DNA from: Eutreptiella sp. 'Long Island Sound 2002' | Lineage: Eukaryota; Protista; Euglenida | Assembly: GCA_964036045.1 (NCBI GenBank) | Contig: OZ038379.1 | Coordinates: 55,118,001-55,182,000 of the forward strand | Length of the DNA stretch: 64,000 bases | Direction: 5' to 3' | The notes under the pieces: model-generated | Told to the model about the DNA's origin: nothing | What the model saw: only the letters and a program-made list of their open reading frames with translations | Databases searched by the model: none | Position numbers and translations under genes: made by a program | Shown: positions 13,270 through 25,140 of the stretch, piece by piece | Layout: each line of letters begins with the position of its first letter | Numbering within the stretch: position 1 is the stretch's first letter

Positions 13270-14418
13270 GGCAGTCCGCCTTCACCCCTATTTCAGGATG
13301 CTTAACTTCAGGGAGGGATACAAAGTCCACAGCCACTGATGCAAAGGGAAAAGAGGACATGGGGAAGGCATCGCATGAGTCAGGATGTGGGCCCCTTTGT
13401 GCCTTGGACTGTGCACATACCACAAAGGCGTCCACAACCTCTTTACCCTATCCCAGTCGTAATCGTCGGACAGATTACGGACATTGAAGTGTCGCTTGAA
13501 AAGTTCGACGGTTTTTGGGGGTACCTGGATGTGCAAAGTAGTGCAATGCTTCTACTACCTAACTCAGGATGCCTACAAGAACCAGTGCCCTACCATTTAC
13601 CCTGATATGGGGGTGTCCCCATGGTGGTTTATGTCACCGGTAGGTTCCATATTCAATGTCTTTCTTGATACCCCAGTCCAGCAGGACTTTCAGGTTAGGG
13701 TCATCTGCGTAGTATGGTTCCTTATCCTCATTCAGGATACTACACGATGGGGGCACATTGACCGATGTGACAGATGTGAGCAGGGTGTGGGGAACATGAG
13801 GAGACTCTCTCATCACATGGGCCATACCATGGAGGTCTTGATCCTCATAGAAATCAGGACCCACGGACTCTTCGGCCTCAGAACCAAAGTGAGGATCACT
13901 AGGATCACTACGCAGGTTGTTCAGGGCACCACACATGTCAATCTTATGGTGATCCGGGCAATCCGGACATGGAGGAGGGTCCGCAGTGACTGGCAGTTCA
14001 GCAAAAGGGTGGTTTTAAGTCACCTTGACCTGTATGTCGGAGGGATAAGCGCATAAGCCCATCTCTGGTCATCTAGCTTGTCTGGGGTGGCCGCTTGCGG
14101 GCTGGCACACTCATAAAGAAAGCCGGGATGGTGGTTGGCCGTGCGCTGATCGCTATAACCGCTGCAGTGTCCATGGCACTTGGCGGTATGGGTGCACGGG
14201 GGTCAAGATTCACTCCCTTTGCAAGGTACAGACATTCCATCAACAAGGGCATCATTTTCGGCCTTGTCTTGGGGTTCCCAGTTCTCCCACCCCTGGAGGT
14301 CGGCATCTGAACCACGGGGGCTGGTGTCATCCGCCAGCCCTGCAGGGTAGGCCCGCACACTCGTCCTTTCCGCGACATGATTGTCCTTACCCAGCTTCTA
14401 GCCAACAACAATGTTGTA
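13270..14418 (-). pseudogene. Ty3/Gypsy pol 3' part: end of RNase H plus integrase
   Basis: YNIVVG*KLGKDNHVAERTSVRAYPAGLADD (RNase H tail); ALHYFAHPGTPKTVELFKRHF and VCAQSK (H2C2 zinc domain); FPFASVAVDFVSLP (integrase core start). Confidence 0.85.
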
Positions 14419-14439
14419 TGGGGTGCAGCCAAGGAAGTA

Positions 14440-14745
14440 TGGCCTAGGAACCCCCCCTTCCTAGGGTTTTTCTACTCCTACACGTTACGAGGGCACCCGA
14501 AGACTTTGAACACAAACACCGCGCCTTCAACGCGCCTACTTTGGGGGACATTGGGTCCCGGGTGGGTGATGTCCAATTTTGGGGTGTTTTTGGAAACCCC
14601 GTTTTGGGCAGGAACCCCCCTGGGAACCCCCCTTCCTAGCCAGGAAGGGGGGTTCCTAGGGGGGTTCCTGGGCAGGAAACCCCCTCCTTCCTATACCCTT
14701 CCTGGGCAGGAACCCCCCTTCCTAGACCCTTCCTATGACCCTTCC
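14440..14745. repeat. Element A left subterminal AGGAAGGGGGTTCC repeats (both orientations)
   Basis: Multiple ggaaccccc / ttcct / aggaagggg units; perfect 15-bp-arm palindrome at 14623-14656. Confidence 0.85.
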
Positions 14746-14929
14746 TGTCATGAGGCAATAGCACACAAATCCGTTCGCTGGGGCTTGAATGGCATTGTGC
14801 CACCGCAGTGATGTTGTCACTGGTCCACGTGCCGCTTGCGTCGATTGACAACGGCCGCACTGCGGCCTTGCCGCACCTCGTACAATTGCAAATCGACACT
14901 CAACGCGTCGGTGTGCACCACGTGCCTCA

Positions 14930-16940
14930 TTCCGAGGCGTGTGATGCGGGGTCGCCGAGTACACCAACCGCGCATCGAGTTTTTGAGATACCGCTTGAAC
15001 GGTTGGTTTCTGTATTATGTCCGAACACTGCGAAAAATGTACAAACTCCCAAAGCGACACGCAAAATATGCGCTGTGAACACATGTCCAATGTACCCAAG
15101 GGGTCACACCCCATTGCAATTTACCCCAACACTCCCCTAAACCGTCACTGGCGGACTCCAATTCCTTGAGTTAGGCCCGTGTTAGCCAATCCCTTTTGCG
15201 CCAGAGCGCGTGCATTCGATGCGTTGATAATAATACATGCTTCATCACTAGGAAAAAGTTAACGCCACCAAAGGCCACGTCGGGTAGGTTGTCCCGCACT
15301 ATGGCCACAACTCGGCCATGTAATGCACTGTCTTCAAAAAACATTTTGCCACCTGTCATATCAAATTTTACGGCCTTGGTTGGCCGGGGAGCCAACCGCT
15401 CAGCATGCGGAACGTTTTTCACCTCATCCAAAAGCTTGTTGTACCTGCGGCTCACTGGTGGCTAAGTGGAAATGTGAAGCTGGGGCTCATTTGGGGCTCA
15501 GTTGTGCATTGCGATGTCTTTGTGCTTGTTTGTTGTGCGTTTTGCATGCTAGGTAATGTGCATTTAATGTTTTTAGAAGTTTTAGATACTCACTTGGTCA
15601 AGGTTCAAGGTGGGGCGTACTTTTTTTGGCGACGGCTCAGTTAACTGAGTGCCTGACTGAGCCGTCGAAAAAAAGAAACCCCCCCGGTCAAATCCTCTCG
15701 GCCTAGGGATTGGTGTCCCTTTGGGGACAGTCCAAAACCCCAACCCACCCCCGAAAGCCACAACTTTTCACATTAAACCCCTTGAAAAACACCACTTAGC
15801 CCCAAATGAGCCGTTTTAGCCCCAGCTTAGCCCCAACGTCACATTTTCAAGTGAGCCGCAGGTACAGTGAAGCTCCAAAACCAAAGCTTTCCCTGTGTCC
15901 TTTGCGGCATTGGCAACGTCGGGTGCACCGTTTTCAATCAAATCTTTCAATGTTTCATTGCGTCGCTGAACAATTGCGTTCGCAATACGACACGAGCCAT
16001 GCTCCACGTCACCAACGCGGTTGCATGGTCCAATTGCCCTCAAAAATGAGCCCCGCCTGCATTGGGCCAATATAGAATTGGCACGTGCCAAGGAATGAAT
16101 GCAATGGCAGCCTGCCCAACATTTTCCCTTTTGATAATTGGCCGAAAGCATGGCTTTGCCATCACTTGTCAAGGCACATACACTGGGTATGCGATTCCCC
16201 AAGTGCCAAAGATCCACAGTGGACAAAACATCCAAAACATCGTGATTAAGGTTTGCCTTAGTGTCAATGGCCCGGAGACAGTGCGTGTCATCCGGTCCGT
16301 CAAGCGCCCACCACGTCGCCGAGCGTCGCACGTCGCCTGCAACTGCTACACCCTCTGACCACACGGTCACGTGGATGTCGCACTTGGTGGCCGAGGTCTG
16401 CCACAGTGGTATGGCACCTGCGCAAATGATAATCAAACGCCGGTCTTTACGAGGGATGTTAAAGGTACCGCACGCCCTACTCAACGTCAGTAGGCTTTGC
16501 ACTACTTCAAGGAGTGGACATACAGGGGCAGCTCGGCGCGATACCACCCCCGATGCAACCTCCAGGGCCGTTGCGACATATGGCTGCAGTTTGCTGCGCC
16601 ACTCCATTAATTCCCTTCGTGTACAATTGCGCTCCAATTTTAACATGTTGTGCGTGGAGAGGCTCATTTGGTGTGCCGTTTGCAACACTTGGATCACTTC
16701 CTCGGAGACATGCTGTTCCTCGTCATCGCGCACCTCGTGGTTGTCGGACCCAATCACTATACCGTTACCGGTTGTGCGCACAACGATGTCGTCATCTCCA
16801 AGCACAGAGCCCTCAACGTCGCCAATGTATTTCCGTCTCTGTCGCCGTGCATCAACCTCCAGATCCCAATACGGGGTCACCCGAACGACACTGCCAAGGA
16901 AATTGGCAACGGCCTTTTGCATTACATTTAAAATGGAAGC
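14930..16940 (-). pseudogene. DDE transposase remnant A, Transib/RAG1-like (CMC supergroup), split by a MITE
   Basis: IICAGAIPLW (first D apparently GAT>GGT), ALTSDGKAM, KCWAGCHC, GDVEHG, KFDMTGGKMF, VTPWVHWTCVHSAYF (HxxxxH), RSVRT*YRNQPFKR (expected E is TAA at 15015-15017). Confidence 0.72.
15444..15862. mobile_element. 419-bp MITE with TA duplication inserted in transposase A
   Basis: 13-bp perfect TIR CCTGCGGCTCACT, further imperfect inverted similarity (aaatgtga, ctggggct, ctcatttggg); TA at 15442-43 and 15863-64. Confidence 0.88.
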
Positions 16941-17209
16941 CTGCCAAGAATTGTGAGGGCAAGATGTGCACAGGAAGTGCCACAAGAACCCCACAAGAAC
17001 CCCCTTCCTGCACATGAAACCCCCCCCTCCTGGCCAGGAACTGTCCCAGGAACCCCACAGGAACCCGTCTCCTTGTACAGGAAGCCCCTTCGTGGACCCT
17101 ACCTGGACCCCTTCCTGCACAGGAACCCCCCCCTTCCAGCACAAGAACCCCCTTCCTGTACCCCTTCCTAGACACTTTCTGCACAGGAACCCCCCCCCCC
17201 TTCCTGTAC
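16941..17209 (-). repeat. Internal block of element A subterminal-type repeats, bounded by GT..AG (putative intron)
   Basis: Minus strand CCAG|GTACAG...TTCTTGGCAG|GCT; interior made of caggaacccc / ccttcct units. Confidence 0.6.
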
Positions 17210-17781
17210 CTGGTGTTTCGGTGTACTGCCCCATCGGTTGCCCGGGTCCTCTCAAACACCGCTGTCACTTCGGGGCATTGCAACCACACATGCCATGCAA
17301 CTGCGTCCATGCTTGGAGAGCTTGGGAATCTCGGTGGTAACCCCAAGGGTGAAGCTATGTGAAGCTCCCCGCTCGTGGCACCACCTGGCGCGCCCTGCGC
17401 ACGATGTGACTACTATCCTACGCGACTGTCGCGCACAAAATAAGATAAGGGTTAGATATGCGTTAGGGTTACGCCAAAAAGGACTAGTTTTTGGATATGG
17501 GTTAAGGTGTGTATTTTTTTTGCGCACCGCGTCGCACAACCCTTGGCGCGTTCGCACATCCATGCATGCATGTGTGCAATCTTGGGAGTGGGCTGGTCAC
17601 AACACACGTGTACTGCAACCACCAGGACGCAATCCCCTCGCAGTGTGCCACCAAGGGTTGTCTCTCCACGTCTCATGCCCACACAGGTTGGCAGAATCCG
17701 AGCATCCCTCAACAGCCACCAGGCCAGAGGGACACTCGGGATCGTTGCGCTCTCATCGCCACCGTGCCTTGCCACTCCTCA

Positions 17782-19056
17782 TCACTTGCTGGGGCTTGGG
17801 CCCTCGCCGTACGTCCGGTTGAGGATGCTCAACGCCCGGTCACATTCCGCAGCTTTCTCCTCCAGCAGAGACTCGGCCTTGACCCTGCCTGCCTGCGCCT
17901 CGCGCGCCGCGTCCTCAGCAGCCTCCAACCGGTCTTCCAGGGCAATCAGGCGTGCCTGCATACTTGCAATGGTTGCCTCGTGCTTGGCAACCTGTTCCCG
18001 TGCTTCACGCTCCTTCTTGGTTGCCTGCTGCGTGGCCCGCTCTGCCCGGGTCTTGCCCCCACTTGCCATCGCCTTCTCAACGGCATCAGGCAACACCTCC
18101 TTCAGCGCCGTGCGCACGACCTCCTGCAACCCAGGTGGCAGCTGCGTGATCACTGTCCCCGTGTCCATTGCCATTGGACTTGCCCGCCCCGGACTGCCTG
18201 GTACGCGCCGCTTGGAGGGGGAGTCGGTGATCGGGGGCCTCTGGGCAGGTCGCTTCACGGATCCCCGCGCTGCCCTGTGTGATTGCTCCGACTTGACCTC
18301 GGCCCCAGCTTGCTGCCACAGTGGTTGTGTACGTTCCTCCGTGCCGGGCTCCTTCTTCACGTCTGAGCGTCCACCCAATTGACCCTGTTCTTGCCGCTTG
18401 TGGTACTTCTCCAGCCACTCGTCAACCGCGTCCTGCACCTCAATGGGGACACCGGCATCCAAATCCGTCAGCCTTGCTAGACTCTTCCGCGTCTTGAAGC
18501 TGCTCTGCTCGCTGTACACCAAGAAAGACCATGTGTTGCTGGCCTTGGCATGGCCAACAAGGCACAAGTACTGCACAACCACGTAAGTCTTGCCATGTCT
18601 TGCATGCCCCTGGGGCAGCTCGGCCAGACTGTCCGTACATGCCACTAGCAACCGCAGTTGCAGGGCAGTGGTTGCCTTCCCCTTCCGCACCGTCAGTGTG
18701 CAGTCGCGATACCAGAACGCGCCCCCGTGCCTGGTCATAGGACTGTGCATGTCTGTGATGTTCAGCGTCGATTGCAACACCCATGTCGGAGGGTCTTGAA
18801 GACTTGGTGCTCGCCCATCCACAGTCCGCGCAGCCTCCGATGGTGCCACTGGCAGTGGGGCTGCCCCCTCCTCCTCATCGACGGACTTCAGGACCAGCCG
18901 CGGGTACACGTCAACATCAGCCTGAAGAGAAGTACGGAAGTGCCAGCGACGAAAGGGGGTAGATAAAGGTAAAGGTAAATTGCTCGGGCGATCTCCGAAC
19001 TCCAGCGTATCAGTGATCCCTACCTGTCCCAAGGCGCAGCACCCTACAGCACACAA
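17782..19056 (-). CDS. Uncharacterised 424-codon accessory protein of element A with C-terminal coiled coil
   Basis: Open frame from the ORF track; globular-looking N half, low-complexity linker, heptad-like tail (EAREQVAKHEATIASMQARLIALEDRLEAAED). True start uncertain; possible splice acceptor at 19044. Confidence 0.55.
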   Translation of the reverse strand: MCAVGCCALGQVGITDTLEFGDRPSNLPLPLSTPFRRWHFRTSLQADVDVYPRLVLKSVDEEEGAAPLPVAPSEAARTVDGRAPSLQDPPTWVLQSTLNITDMHSPMTRHGGAFWYRDCTLTVRKGKATTALQLRLLVACTDSLAELPQGHARHGKTYVVVQYLCLVGHAKASNTWSFLVYSEQSSFKTRKSLARLTDLDAGVPIEVQDAVDEWLEKYHKRQEQGQLGGRSDVKKEPGTEERTQPLWQQAGAEVKSEQSHRAARGSVKRPAQRPPITDSPSKRRVPGSPGRASPMAMDTGTVITQLPPGLQEVVRTALKEVLPDAVEKAMASGGKTRAERATQQATKKEREAREQVAKHEATIASMQARLIALEDRLEAAEDAAREAQAGRVKAESLLEEKAAECDRALSILNRTYGEGPSPSK

Positions 19057-22000
19057 AAGTTATCAAAATAGTTGCAACTCTGGAACCGTGAATTCGCGGG
19101 ACACATAGAGAGCCACTGTATCGTACAGTGCATAGAAGTCCTAGTGCGGAGCGTGGTCTCGCTCACACGAGCATACGACACAGGCGTTCTTGTACCTCGG
19201 TCCTGCCTCTGCCGCCTGGCACCGCAAGACATCACAGTATAGCACCTGCAATGTGTACGGGCTACCCTGTTCCAACGCCCGAGGCGGCACGCTACTGACA
19301 GATCGGTGATCCAGGGCAGCGTGGCACCAGGCACCAGTTGCAGTAGCCATGCCACCAGCCGCTGAACGGAGACTGCCACCTGGGCTCTCGCCCTTACCCC
19401 CACACTGTATCCTGCGAAGGCTACCCCATCTGTCCACACCCTGCAACCTTCCACGAATGGGGCGCTGCGGGGGGCTTGCTGAAACATTTCGTCCCGAGGG
19501 ACATCGCACGCCATCCGCGCCAGAACTACTTTGGCCAGGGCCACCCCATCGGACCGGCTGAGCGGCCACGGCACTTGCGCGGAGAGGTGTACCAGACCAG
19601 TCCACGACACCAGCACCACTTGACTGGCACCTAGCACACTGTCCGCCCAAGTGCTCACCGACGGCACCTCCTGCTCGGGTACAACCCCCACCACCAGCAC
19701 ACCTCCCGGAACCTGCAACCTGGCAAGCAGATCTGTCACGTCACAAGAGAGGACGCGCACCCGTTGTGCGACCTCCTCTACCAGAGCCGTTAGTGCTTGC
19801 CCCATACAGAGGTATAATACCGAACAGTACTGCACATGTGCCCACTGATTGCCCTCACTGAGAGCACAGAAACAGCAGGGAGGTACATCAAAAAATGTAC
19901 GAGGCATGGACGGCAGCAAACGCAAATAGGCCGCCACGCGATGATGTGTTAACGGCACCTCGGAGTCTTCACACACTGCACACGACACGTTGGACAGAAA
20001 ACCCGAACCCGCCAGCTGCACTGAGAGTTCGGAGTCGCACCACTCCGCTACATCACGGAGTTCGGAAAACATGGACACATACGAGATCACTAGTGCCCTA
20101 CCTTGCCACAGTACCGCTGGCACATCCCGCAGCAGACACAGAGCATCGGCGATTGGAAAACCTTGGGTCTGCGGGTTGTCTCGCCCCCAGGTCGCCAGGA
20201 GATGCGATCGCTCTTGCCAGCCGGGCAACAGCCCCGTGGCGTGCGTATCGTGTTGTACTGGGGTCCACAGTTCGTGAACCGCATGCCAGACTCTGTGGGC
20301 CAAAACCAGCTTGGCAATACCGTCAAACCACGGGTTCACCCACACCCAACGCTGGAAACCACATACCAGCGCTGCCGCGGTATCCGCCGTGACCCAGAGA
20401 CGTCCCTTAGCCTCACGACAGATCAACACGCCCAACATCTTGGCAATCCATTCTAGGGCTGTGGACGAGGCCCCAACAGTGAGAATACCTCAGGATATCT
20501 CCTGCTGGATACCCGCCCCATCAGAAATGACCACGCCCATCCTTGCACCAAGAGGGCCACCCTCCGTGGACTGAGGCAAACCGGCGTCGGTGGTCAGGTA
20601 TAGATCAGGAGCCATCCTGAGAGCAGGGAGCAGTTGCGGCAGGGGTAGGTCACGAAACCCACTGGGACTGTCAGTGTGCAGGCGGTACCGTGGCAACAGT
20701 GCCGCAACCCGACTAGCGTCGTCATCACCCAGGGGTAAAGGACACTCGCGTTGCGCCCGAAGGAGCGTACGCGTCTGGCTGTCGCGCCCATCTAGAGCCG
20801 TAAAGTATCCGTACAGGAAAAGAAGGGCTGCCCTGTGGCGTAACGATGGGCACCCCCAGCCAAAGCGCGCTGTGGACACCTGAAGGACTGTAACCGGATC
20901 ATCCTGCGGCAGGCAGAGCAAAGCGCGCACTGCAGGCTGCAGGCGAGGCTGCAAGCGCTCTATCGCCGAGGCGGGGAGAAAGGAACCTCTGCATACATAA
21001 TACAGACTAGACAGAACATAGGCATACAACGCTCTCACGGCCAGTGTAAAATGCAGGCGATGCGCCAATACAAGCGCACGCCGGCGCCTGATACGGCCGT
21101 GCAGTTTAGGGACCAGGTCCGGCAAGTAGGTACCTGGCTATATCGCAATACTCACCACCCCAGGTACTGCCTGAGACGCGGCCGTGCACGCACCCTCCAC
21201 GTTCAGTTCACCCTTGACCCGCTGTATCTCGCCCCCTGGGCCCATACGAAGCACTGTGTACTCTTGCTTCGCAAGGTTGTTAACCGTGCAGTTTTGCTGG
21301 GCTGCATGATGGGCGGCTGTCACTTTGCGGTTGATGGCCAGCGCTGTCCGCTCAACGTAGCGGCGATCATCGCTGAAAACACTCTCACTAGGCAACGCAA
21401 CCAAACCTGCATGCTCGACGACCCACTCCTCAGTCCCACACTGTGACGCGCGTGTCCGGAGCGTACCCAACAGGTTACAGCCCGTGGCTGCAAATACACA
21501 TCCCTGGGAAGAACCTTCACGCGTGGAGACAGGGGGGGCCAGCCCGCGAGTGGTAAAGAGACGTACGTTCTGAAGAGGGTAGAACCTACTGGCCCATTCT
21601 CCAAACGCGCACTGTGTAGACCACATCTGACTAAGCCGGGCCACATTCTTTCTGATGGGCGTGTCAGAGGCTCCGCTCTCGTCAGCATCAACAATGTGGG
21701 CTTAAGCTGTCTGCTGCAGTGCCAGGACGATCGACGCGCGCACGGGGAAACCCATGTGCTGTGGGGATATTTCTTTCCGATAGGAAAAAGTACGTTCATC
21801 GAAATCACACGCCATGTCTGCACGGTACATTGTTTCCCTGTGTACCGTGCTGGCCTCTAAGCAACATGTCCCGCATAGGGGAATGGGCGCAGCAGAGAGA
21901 GGGGGAGGTCATCGACGGACTTGGCATCTGAACATCCTGCCCTCAGAGCCTCGCGCAGCGCTGAAACCGTATTAAATGCCCTGGGATCTCGAGCGTGCAT

Positions 22001-23200
22001 CCGAAGCCACCTCACCTCAGGATCCGCGTCCCATTCCCCAAGCCGTCTCGCCCGAAACAGTGAAGCTAATTTCGTCCGGCGTGGGGAGGGGGGAGGCCGT
22101 GGCCGCCGCCCAGGTAAGGTCAGGCAGGTTCATAAGAACTCCCCTGCTCCCTTGATACACCTCGAGCTGACTGCGCGCCTCCCCAATGATCTCCTGAACG
22201 GATGATGCAACGTGGTCGGGACGAGGCTTCAGCTCTGGCAAGGGTCGGGGGCATGGCGGCTGTAACTTCATGGTTTCGTGGTCAGACGTGTAACACTGGA
22301 TGCCGCTACGATCTGCCTGTTGAGACGCAAGCCACGCATAAACATGTCTGATTGCAGGTCCTGGTGCCACCGGTCCAGAAGCTCCTTCGAGCCTCCCTGA
22401 CGAAGCGTTGCACCCAGTCTCATACGCTCAGCCGTAGCTTGCCGTGTACAGTGCGTAGGCAGAACCGGATCCGCTAATAGCCAATGGCACCGGATCCACA
22501 CATCAGGGTGTACGTCCTGAGCAGACAGCCAAAACCAAAACAAAGCCAGGAGAGGAGTGAGCTTACTCCTTTGATCTGGAGTGTTGGCCGGGTGTTGGTA
22601 TCTCGTAAACGTTGACAGACGCTGTAATCCTGACACACCCTCGAAGTCACACACCACACACACATGAGAGGAAGGACCGGGCACTGCTGAATGACTAATA
22701 AAAGAAAAGTCGGGGCTGACCAATATATAGTCAATCTCTGTCGCACGGTGCTTACCACACTGCCGAGGTGCGGAAGGGGGAGGGTTCCTGAGTGACATGC
22801 ACATGCCACAACCCACACACTGTGCCCAGTTCAAGCCCTCAAACAGCCCTCCCCTTGCATTGCCACTGCCGCTGACCCTTGGCAAGCAGTACTAACCATG
22901 TATTTGCCATATTGCATTGTGAACCCCTCCAACCAAAGGCCCGGCGATTCAAAGGGGACATAGTGTCAACCTGTTGGCATGCACACCAAAAGGCTTGCTC
23001 CTCTGCCACCTTGGTGTTGCGAACGATCGCCCCGGCGGCCATCAACAAGCTCGGGTCTACGGGTCTGGGCCCGTGTGGTGCCATCTCCATCCGGTACAGC
23101 AAAACGTCACTGCTCTCCTCGGTACCCCCGGGCGAATCCTCCAAAGCGGCCGTTCACCACGACCGGAATGCTCCCAAGCGGCGTAACCAACAAGGCGTGG
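19044..23200 (-). pseudogene. LINE ORF2: AP endonuclease, reverse transcriptase, RNase H, zinc knuckle
   Basis: EIDYILVSP..PSSHVCV (APE C-terminus); DESGASDTP, GSSQG, VFSDD (RT); TTDAG, TALEW, TADT (RNase H D/E/D); CCFCALSEGNQWAHVQYC. ORFs 21138-21644, 20490-21125 and 19044-20438 share one frame separated by single stops. Confidence 0.85.
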
Positions 23201-24955
23201 TGTTCCGATCTCGGCCAGGGCAGCCACTCGCTCTCGTGTGCATGCCCCGCCAGTGGGCAGTCCTCCGGCTTGGGGGTTTTGTCAGCGGGAATCACATGTG
23301 GTGCGAGCGCTGCCTCGTAATGCCCGGTGTAAAGCGTCGTCCCATCCGATGGAATCAAACAGGTCACCATGTGCTGCAGGGTAGGGACACGACTCGGATC
23401 AGCGGCCTCGGCACTCCCCGGATCGGATGCTGTGCTGCTACTGCTTGTCGCACTTGCTGCACTCGATCCCCGTGTGATTGCGGCAAAAGACTTGGACACC
23501 ACACCCAATGCACTTCTCACTTGTCGGCTTCTGGCGGCATCCGTGGACTCCACAACTGACAGCGGCCTTGTGCGCCCAGAACGGAGGCGTGATGGCGTGG
23601 GTGGTGGCGTAGGACACGGTGTGCGTCGACAGCCCACAGAACCCAATAATACGGCGGGACCCCGGTTCCGCAGCCAATGGTAGGCCGCCTCCTTCATGCA
23701 CCACCGTCGAGCAGATCACCCACAGGGAACCCCTTCTCATTGGCATGCGGTGGATGATCCAAGGCCGAGGGAAGGCACAGGGAGACATGGCGACGAACTG
23801 TGCGCAAACCTCATCATCATGGGATATCCATCGACATTGCCCGGAACACGGAGAGGGCGATGCCATTCATAGGAAGTGACGCTGCTAGGAAATTTCGGTG
23901 CGGCAGTTGGCAAACGTGGGTGATGGACTCGATGTACCCTTGCGTCATTACGTGCAGCGTCTTGCCCAAGATCGCCTCCAACTTGGCCTTCACCCGCGTC
24001 ACGGCCGACAGGTGCGGCAGGTCCCAGAGCTTGATGTTCCCCTCCCCATCCGGATACTTGGACATGTCCTCCAGCTTCCCCCACACCATCTTGCGGTCCG
24101 GCGGGTCCTTAGCTCGGCCAGCAACTAGGCGGTTGTGGTTGAGGATCCGGGCCCAACGCTCCTCGGCGATCGCCACTGCCTCCTTCTACGCCTCCTCCAC
24201 CTCATACTCCGCAAAAAAACTCCGGATGAACAAGTGGTGCAGGCTGGCAAGCTGACTGGGGTCGCTGTTCACGGCAGTGGGGCAGCCACTCGGCAGCTCC
24301 AATAGGGGTTCCTCGTGCGCGACAAACAGCGGCGTGGAGGTGACGGGGAGGGCAAGTAGCCCGCTGGCCGTATACGCACTCGGCACGGTGAGCCCGGGGC
24401 CGTCGCCGTCCCATTCCCACGCTGAGCGACTGGAGAGCGAGTAGATGGGAAGGGTCTCCTCAACGGACTGCCGCGGATCGAAGAGAAACAGCTTCCGCTT
24501 GCTGCCTCCTTGTGCCACCCCTCCTTGGCGAAAGTGGTCGGCTTGGGCTTCGTGGAAGTGAAGCGGAGGGTGGTGGGCGGCTCGGCATCGACAAGATGGG
24601 CAGCCATGTAGTGGCTGTGGATCCGGGTGTGGTCGCTGGGCAGGCGGGCGGACAGGGACTCCAGCAAGGAGGAGTAGTCCGCTCCGCTGGGCCGCACGTG
24701 GAATGTGGTAATCTCGGGGTTGCGGCGCACCGTCTCTGCAATGAGGTCTAAGAGGGCACATGGGTCCCTGTCGCGGAGGATGGACTTGGTGATGCGCACC
24801 CGGCCGATGTTCGTGCCCGGCGGCCAAGTCACGGCGGAGTTGGTTGCGATGGTCGTGTCGTGGAACGTCTGCCCCTCCGGAAGGGAGCAACCACGTCTAC
24901 CGGCCGGGCCTGTGGCGGCCGCCATCCAATCCGAAGCATAGGGACAGGCAGACAT
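23200..24955 (-). pseudogene. Probable LINE ORF1 region, fragmented
   Basis: Protein-like fragments 24269-24955, 23817-24176 and Cys/His cluster KCIGCGVQVFCRNHTGIECSKC, positioned 5' of the endonuclease. Confidence 0.5.
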
Positions 24956-24989
24956 TGCGAAAACCGGGCTGCCTTTGAGGGGCAGGAAG

Positions 24990-25140
24990 GGCCATAGGAA
25001 AGGGGGTTCCTAGCCAGGAAGGGGGGGGTTCCTGGCTAGGAAGGGGTCTAGGAAGGGTCTAGGAAGGGGGTTCCTACTAGGATGGGGTCCAGGAAGGGTG
25101 CAGGAAGGCTCTAGGAAGGGGTTCCTAGGGGGGTTCTTGC
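24990..25140. repeat. Element A right subterminal AGGAAGGGGGTTCC repeats
   Basis: Tandem aggaagggg(tcta/ttcct) units just inside the right TIR. Confidence 0.85.

Larger units (their letters stand above)
19044..24955 (-). mobile_element. Non-LTR retrotransposon (ORF1 plus APE-RT-RNase H-CCHC) inside element A
   Basis: Domain order and motifs given in the ORF2 entry; ORF1-like region starts at ATG 24955. No poly(A) tail or TSD found. Confidence 0.8.

Noticed and set aside
19020-24990. TSD or poly(A) tail for the LINE; CCTGTCCC seen near both ends
   Set aside because: The two occurrences are on opposite strands, so they are not a direct duplication; no A-tail present.
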